DNA of 27,326 nucleotides from Ascoidea asiatica JCM 7603 (Eukaryota > Fungi > Ascomycota): positions 134,454 through 161,779 of the forward strand of contig BCKQ01000008.1 of the NCBI GenBank assembly GCA_001600695.1, written 5' to 3'. Position numbers and translations under genes: made by a program. The notes below the pieces were generated by a model. It did not search any database. It saw only the letters and a program-made list of their open reading frames with translations, and had not been told where the DNA came from. Positions 20,557 to 27,326 of the stretch are shown here, piece by piece. Each line of letters starts with the position of its first letter. The stretch's first letter is position 1.

Positions 20557-22536
20557 ATGATAACGTTAAATTCAAAAATTTTATTCATTTTTTCATCAAT
20601 TTTTTTAATAATATCTCAAATTAAAATTGTTAATTCTTGGTCACCAACAAATTCTTATGCTCCAGGTAAAATAACTTGTCCATCAAATTCAAAAACTTCT
20701 TCAAATTCAACTTCAATTTATGGTAAAACCAATGGTTTTTTAAGAAATTCTTCATATATAAGTAATAATGAATATTCTTGGTTACAAAAAAGAAATATAA
20801 CAACTTTATCAAATTTAAAAAAATTCTTTAATTATAATACAAAATTATCAAATCAATCTGATTTTAATATAGATTCTTTTTTTGAACAATTAACTGATAA
20901 TGAATCAATAATTATTGGAACTGCTTTTTCTGGTGGCGGTTATAGAGCAATGTTAGCAGGTGCTGGTGAATTATCTGCTTTAGATAATAATACTGTTGGA
21001 GCTTTTGAATATGGTTTAGGTGGTTTACTTGAATCTTCAACTTATATTTCTGGTTTATCTGGTGGTAATTGGTTAACTGGTACTTTAATTATGAATAATT
21101 GGACAAATATTCAATCTTTAATTAATCAAGATTCTATTTGGAATTTAGAGCATTCAATTTTTTCTTCTGGTGGTATAAATATTTTTTCAACTGTTTCTAC
21201 CTGGGATGATATATCTGATGAAATTGATGATAAAAGAGATGCAGGTTATGAAGTTTCTTTAACTGATGCTTGGGGTAGAGCATTATCAAGACAATTTTTC
21301 ACAAATTTATCTGATTATGAATATGGTGCTCCATTAACTTGGTCAACTTTAAGAGATTCTTCAGTTTTTCAAAATGCTGAAATGCCATTTCCATTTTCTG
21401 TTGCTGATGGTAGAGCTCCTGGTACTCAAATTATTAATTTAAATTCAACAGTTTTTGAAATTAATCCTTTTGAAATTGGATCTTGGGATCCTTCTGTACA
21501 TTCATTTTTTGATATTAAATATCTTGGTACAAATGTTACAAACGGTAAAGTAAATGATTCTGAATGTATTGCAGGTTTTGATAATGCTGGGTTTATAATG
21601 GGTACTTCATCTTCATTATTTAATCAATTTTTATTACAATTAAATACAACTGGTTTAACAGGTGTATTATATGATTTAATTCAAGATTTTTTAACTGATC
21701 TTGATGAAGATGATAATGATATTGCTGTTTATGATCCAAATCCATTTTATCAATCTGAATTTGGTACTTCAGATAGTGTTGCAGATGCTTCATATCTTTA
21801 TTTAGTTGATGGTGGTGAAGATAATCAAAATGTTCCATTAGCTCCATTAATTAGACCTGAAAGATATGTTGATGTAGTTTTTGCATTTGATAATAGTGCA
21901 GATACTGATGAAAATTGGCCAAATGGTTCTTCATTAGCTTATACATATTCAAGACAATTTACAACTCAAGGTAATGGAACTGCATTTCCATATGTACCAG
22001 ATACTACAAGTTTTAGATCATTAAATTTATCTTCAAAACCAACATTTTTTGGTTGTGATTCAAGTAATTTAACTTCTTTAGGTAATATACCTCCATTAGT
22101 TGTTTATATTGCAAATAGACCATTTTCATATTGGTCAAATACTTCAACATATAAAATGTCATATGATGAAGATGAAAAATTAGGTATGTTTGAAAATGGT
22201 TTTGAAGTAACTTCAAGAAATAATTTAACTTTAGATGAAAATTGGCCAACATGTGTTGCATGTGCAATAATGAGAAGAACTCAAGAAAGAAATAATGATA
22301 CACAACCTGATATTTGTAAAGAATGTTTTGATGAATATTGTTGGAATGGAGATTATTCAACTGCAACTCCTGGTATAAATTTTACAATGAATGGTACAAC
22401 TTCTGGTGATGAAGATACTGGTAATGAAACAAGTAATGCAATTTCATTATTCTGGAAAAATAATAAAGACTCAAATGGTTATAATTATTTAAAATATTTT
22501 TCTATTGTGTTTTTAACTATTGCTTTATTGTTTTAA
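20557..22536 (+). CDS. PLB1: Phospholipase B / lysophospholipase (PLB1/PLB3-like), secreted and probably GPI-anchored
   Basis: N-terminal signal peptide followed by WSPTNSYAP. Catalytic motifs SGGGYRAML, GLSGG and LVDGGED, and a hydrophobic C-terminus. The exact PLB paralogue is uncertain. Confidence 0.92.
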   Translation: MITLNSKILFIFSSIFLIISQIKIVNSWSPTNSYAPGKITCPSNSKTSSNSTSIYGKTNGFLRNSSYISNNEYSWLQKRNITTLSNLKKFFNYNTKLSNQSDFNIDSFFEQLTDNESIIIGTAFSGGGYRAMLAGAGELSALDNNTVGAFEYGLGGLLESSTYISGLSGGNWLTGTLIMNNWTNIQSLINQDSIWNLEHSIFSSGGINIFSTVSTWDDISDEIDDKRDAGYEVSLTDAWGRALSRQFFTNLSDYEYGAPLTWSTLRDSSVFQNAEMPFPFSVADGRAPGTQIINLNSTVFEINPFEIGSWDPSVHSFFDIKYLGTNVTNGKVNDSECIAGFDNAGFIMGTSSSLFNQFLLQLNTTGLTGVLYDLIQDFLTDLDEDDNDIAVYDPNPFYQSEFGTSDSVADASYLYLVDGGEDNQNVPLAPLIRPERYVDVVFAFDNSADTDENWPNGSSLAYTYSRQFTTQGNGTAFPYVPDTTSFRSLNLSSKPTFFGCDSSNLTSLGNIPPLVVYIANRPFSYWSNTSTYKMSYDEDEKLGMFENGFEVTSRNNLTLDENWPTCVACAIMRRTQERNNDTQPDICKECFDEYCWNGDYSTATPGINFTMNGTTSGDEDTGNETSNAISLFWKNNKDSNGYNYLKYFSIVFLTIALLF

Positions 22537-22599
22537 TAATTTTTTAAATAAAATTTAGTACATATTTTTGTTAGTTTATCTTTGTTTTCAAATTCGGAG

Positions 22600-22965
22600 G
22601 TCATTATTTCCATAAATGGAATCCCGAGATGAATGCCGGTCGATCTAACCAAAAGCCGTCGGCAATTCAACATAAGTTATTGAGATTTCAATATTAAATT
22701 GGCGTGCCAAATCCGCCTGTGGTTTCCGTGTGTTCCCCGTCGGGCGGGTACGGTACACAGCTGATCATTCCCGTTGAAATAGCCGTCGGAAATAGCCTTT
22801 CCGTGCGGTTGGGACCAAAGCTTCCCGCATCCGCCCCTGTTCCGCATCCGCCTGCTCTCTTTTTGAGCCTCCAAAGCGCCCCGGACTTAAGATTGTTTTG
22901 AGAGACTGCCCCGTTTTGCTCTGCTTCTGCAGTGTTTCTTATGTAATCCGCTTATTACTAATGAC
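22600..22965 (+). promoter_or_regulatory. GC-rich UAS-like region of YOR1 copy R with CCGTCGG x3, CCGCATCCGCC x2 and TTACTAA
   Basis: CCGTCGG at 22656, 22737 and 22783. CCGTGCGG at 22801. CCGCATCCGCC at 22825 and 22842. Yap1-type TTACTAA at 22955-22961. Confidence 0.55.
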
Positions 22966-23263
22966 TTTTCAGTAGTTAAACATTGATTATTTAATGATTT
23001 AAAATTGTTTTTCGTTGTGCAAGAAGAACGGCTTTAAGTTTTCCCAGATTATGGAAGCAAAAGTCTTAAAATTGAATAATATTTGAATATTTACGAAGGA
23101 AACTGATTTCATCAGTTTTACTGAAGTATAAATATTGATTTATTTGTCTTATTTGTAATTTTGATTGGAATCTTGAATTTGGAATTAGAATCAGAATTAG
23201 AATTTAATTTTGGATTAGGATTCGATTGTCTTTGATAAGAATAATAATAAAAATATATCGAAT

Positions 23264-23305
23264 ATGTCAGATTCAACAAAATCTGTATCTTTATCTTCCA
23301 GTTCC

Positions 23306-23363
<58 letters not shown>

Positions 23364-26300
23364 GTAGTTCAAAAAAAAATGATGAGATTATCACAAAAAA
23401 TCCAATTGATTCTCATTTAAATGATGATTCAAATTTAAAAAAACAACAAGGTTTAGATGTTTCAAATATTGAATCTTTCAATTTAAAAAAACAAAAACAT
23501 CTATTATCTTTTTTATTTTCAAATAATATACCTCCAATTCCTTTAGAAGATGAAAGAAAAAAATTTCCAATGAATTCAATCGCCAAAAGAAATATACTAT
23601 CATATATTTGTTTTTGGTGGTTACATCCAATAATGAAAGTTGGTTATAAAAGAACTTTACAAAATAATGATTTATGGTATTTATCAGAAGATTTAAAAAT
23701 TGATACAATTTATAATACTTTTAAAAAAAATTTAACCGAATCTTTAGATAAAAAAAGAGCACAATTTTTATTAAAAGTTGAAAAAGATCCAAATTTCAAA
23801 GATAAAAAAAATTTATCTGATGATGAAATCATTGAAGAAATTTGGGATAATTATTTAATTATTAAAGTTTTATTTAAAACTTTTAGAAAAAGATATATGG
23901 CTGCAGTTTTTATAAAATGCCTTTCTGATGTTGGTTTTTCAACTAATCCTTTAATTACAAAAGAATTAATAAAATTCGTTGAATTAAAATCAATAAATTC
24001 TTCACTACCAATTAATAAAGGTATTGGTTATTCTTTTGGTGCTTCTTTAGTAATATTTGTTTCTGGTGTTTTAATTAATCATTTTTTTCATAATTCAATG
24101 ACTGTTGGTTTACAAGTTAAAGCTGTATTAACAAAAGCAATATTTGATAAATCTTTCAAACTTGATTCAAAGGCAAAACATAATTATCCAACTGGTAAAA
24201 TAACTTCATTAATGGGTACTGATTTAGCTAGAATTGATTTAGCTATTGGTTTTCAACCACTTGTTTTATCTTTTCCAGTTTCTGTAATAATTTGCATAGC
24301 TTTATTAATTCATAATATTGGTGCTCCTGCTTTATCAGGTATTGGTTTATTTATTGTTTCAATTGTTGTTATATCTTATTGTTCTTCATTTCTTTTACAA
24401 TTTAGAGTTAAAGCAAATAAATGGACTGATTTAAGAGTTGGTTCTATTAGAGAAATCTTAAATTCAATGAAAATGATTAAATTTTATGCTTGGGAACTGC
24501 CATATAAAGATCAAGTTGCAAATAGAAGAAATAAAGAAATGAATATAATTTTTAAAATGCAATTTTTAAGAAATTTATTTGTATCTTATGGTATTTCTTT
24601 ACCAACTTTATCTTCAATGTTAGCATTTATTGTTGTTTTCAAAACAAGCTCTGGTAAAAGTGCTGCTGATGTTTTTTCTTCAGTTTCTTTATTTAATACT
24701 TTAGCTCAACAAGTTATGATGTTACCAATGGCTTTAGCTTCATCAATGGATGCTATTGTTGGTTTAAAAAGAGTTAATGATTTTTTAAAATCAACAGAAG
24801 AAAAAGATACTACTGAAATTGAATTAATTGAAGAAAAACATTTAAACTTCACTAAAGATGATTCAATGGCTATTCAATTAAGAAATGCTACTTTTAAATG
24901 GGAACAATTTGATAGAGAAGATCAAGATAACGACAATGATAATGATGATGATAAAGATAATGAAAAAAAATCTAATAATAAACATAATAAATTAGAATTA
25001 CAGAAAACTTTATCAAGAAAACTTACAAGATATTCAACAATCCCAGAAAATCAAATTATTGATCCTTCAACTTTCAAAGGCTTACTTGATATCAATTTAG
25101 ATATCAAAAAGGGTGAATTTATTATTATTACTGGTCTTATTGGTTCTGGAAAATCCTCTTTATTGTCTGCTTTAGCAGGAATGATGAATAAAGAAAATGG
25201 TATTTTGAAAATCAACGATTCTTTATTATTATGTGGTTATCCATGGGTTCAAAATGCAACTGTCAAAGAAAATATTGTATTCGGTGAAGAATTTGATGAA
25301 CAAAAATATAAAAATATTATCAATTCTTGTGCTTTAAGCGCAGATCTTGCAGTATTGCCAGCTGGTGATAATACTGAAATTGGTGAAAGAGGTATAACAT
25401 TATCCGGGGGTCAAAAAGCTAGAATTAATTTAGCAAGAGCTGTTTATAATGATAAAAATATCATTCTATTAGATGATGTTTTAAGTGCAGTTGATGCAAG
25501 AGTTGGAAAACAAATTATGACTGAATGTTTAATGGGGTTACTTAAAGATAAAACAAGAGTCTTAGCCACTCATCAATTATCACTAATTGATTATGCAGAT
25601 AGAATCATTTTCTTAGATGGTAAAGGTGGACTTGTATGTGGTTCATTAGAAGAAGTTAGATCTAAATGTCCAGAATTTGTTGATTTAATGGAATATAGTG
25701 CAGAATCGCAAAAAGATGAATCTGATGATGAGGAGGCATCAATATTTGATGAAAAAAATATAGAAAAAGAATCAGTTTTTAATAAATCTAGAACTATGAC
25801 CAGATCAAGTGAATTTGATCAAAATGAAGAAAAAAATAATGAAGAATTCAAAAGTAGTACAGTTGATGGTCATTTAGTTGAAGAAGAAGATAGAGCTGTA
25901 AATAAAATTTCCTGGGATGTTTATAAACATTATATTCAAATGGGGTCAGGAGCTTTTAGACTAACATCAATTCCACTATTAATATTACTTTGTTCATTAG
26001 CAATATTTTCAAATTTATTCACATCAACATGGTTATCATTTTGGACAGACGATAAATTTGATTTACCAACAAATACATATATTGGAATTTATGTTATGAT
26101 GGCATTCTGTTATGTTATTTTTACAACATTATTTTTTACAATGCTTCTTTATATTACCAACACCGCTGCAAGAAAATTAAATGTTGCAGCAGTTGAAAAA
26201 GTTTTACATGCCCCAATGTCATATATTGATACAACACCACTAGGTAGAATACTTAATAGATTTACAAAAGATACAGATAGTCTTGATAATGAAATTGGAG

Positions 26301-27326
26301 ATCAATTAAGGTTGTTCATTTTCCCATTAGCACAAGTTGTTGGAGTTTTAATATTATGTATAATTTATTTACCATGGTTTGCAATCGCAATACCTGGATT
26401 AGTATTTATATATATATCAATTTCATCATATTATCAAGCAGCTGCAAGAGAAGTTAAGAGATTAGAAGCATTGAATAGATCTTTAGTTTATAATAATTTC
26501 AATGAATGTTTAGAAGGTGTTAATACAATCAAAGCATATAATGCAACTGATAGATTTAAAGTTAAAAATGTTAAATTAATTGATACAATGAATGAAGCAT
26601 ATTATATTACAATTTGTAATCAAAGATGGTTATCAATTCATCTTGATATGGTTGCAGGGGCATTTGCATTATTAATTTCATTACTTTGTGTTACAAGACA
26701 ATTCAATATAAATGCATCATCAGTTGGATTATTATTATCGTATGTTTTACAAATTGCAGGATTATTATCAATGTTAGTTAGATCAATGACACAAGTGGAA
26801 AATGAAATGAATTCAGTTGAAAGATTAGCATATTATGCATATGATTTACCACAGGAAGCACCATATTTGATTAGTTCAACAAAACCTGATGAAAATTGGC
26901 CAATTACTGGATCACTTAAATTTGAAGAAGCAGATCTTAGATATAGAGAAGGATTACCATTGGTTTTAAAAAATTTAACATTTAATATCAAAGGGTCTGA
27001 AAAAGTTGGAATTTGTGGTAGAACAGGTGCAGGAAAATCCAGTATAATGACAGCATTATATAGATTAAGTGAATTAAGTAATGGAAGAATATTAATTGAT
27101 GATATTGATATTTCCAAGATTGGATTAAAAGATTTAAGAAGTAAATTAAGTATTATTCCACAAGATCCAGTTTTGTTTAGAGGTACAATTAAGAAAAATT
27201 TAGATCCATTTGATGGTAGTACAGATGAAGAATTATGGGATGCATTAAGAAGAGCAGGATTAATCGGCAGTGAGAATTTAGAAACTATTAAAAAACAAGT
27301 ATTACAAGGAGATAATTTGGAAAGTA
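23264..27326 (+). CDS. YOR1: YOR1 ABCC transporter, copy R (most canonical), 3'-truncated by the window edge in NBD2
   Basis: The first in-frame ATG after an upstream TAG is at 23264 (MSDSTKSV...). Motifs: FWWLHPIMKVGYKRTL, MGTDLARIDLAIGFQP, KMIKFYAWE, GLIGSGKS, LSGGQ, NQRWLSIHLD, VRSMTQVENEMNSVERL and GRTGAGKS. It is missing from the ORF track, consistent with no stop before the edge. Confidence 0.93.
23306..23362 (+). repeat. (AAT)19 poly-Asn microsatellite in the N-terminus of copy R
   Basis: Read directly from the sequence. Confidence 0.92.
26889..27326. repeat. Right arm of the perfect 438-bp inverted repeat (partner 1-438)
   Basis: Exact reverse complement of 1-438. Confidence 0.98.

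Noticed and set aside
23051-23086. Upstream ATG in frame with YOR1-R
   Set aside because: It closes after 11 codons at TGA and further stops follow. There is no evidence that it lies in the transcript, and no clear intron signals.
439-26888. Mating-type flip/flop locus
   Set aside because: No MATa/MATalpha (HMG, alpha-box or homeodomain) genes, SLA2 or DIC1 are recognisable. Only the architecture is analogous.
1-27326. Linear cytoplasmic plasmid (pGKL-like) or giant transposon with terminal inverted repeats
   Set aside because: The repeats are internal ABC-transporter coding sequence cut mid-gene. There is no DNA/RNA polymerase, terminal protein, transposase or recombinase, and the interior holds ordinary nuclear genes.
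1-27326. tRNA, rRNA, snRNA, LTR or CRISPR features
   Set aside because: No A/B-box cloverleaf, conserved RNA motif, LTR structure or repeat-spacer array was found by eye.

Overview
Very AT-rich budding-yeast (Saccharomycotina-like) nuclear DNA. Gene order: YOR1-like ABCC transporter copy L (minus strand, one in-frame TGA, runs off the left edge), MRPL19 (+), NPR1 kinase (-), a 715-aa orphan (-), YOR1-like copy M (+, complete), PLB-type lysophospholipase (+), and YOR1 copy R (+, most canonical, runs off the right edge). The most striking structure is that bases 1-438 are the exact reverse complement of 26889-27326. The two outward-facing transporter genes therefore share an identical start of NBD2, and the ~26.4-kb interior is bracketed by a perfect inverted repeat. 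This could be an invertible (flip/flop) segment, very recent gene conversion, or an assembly collapse. Copy L is a mosaic, with M-like transmembrane regions and R-like nucleotide-binding segments. Intergenic GC-rich islands carry repeated, partly phased CGG-type motifs.
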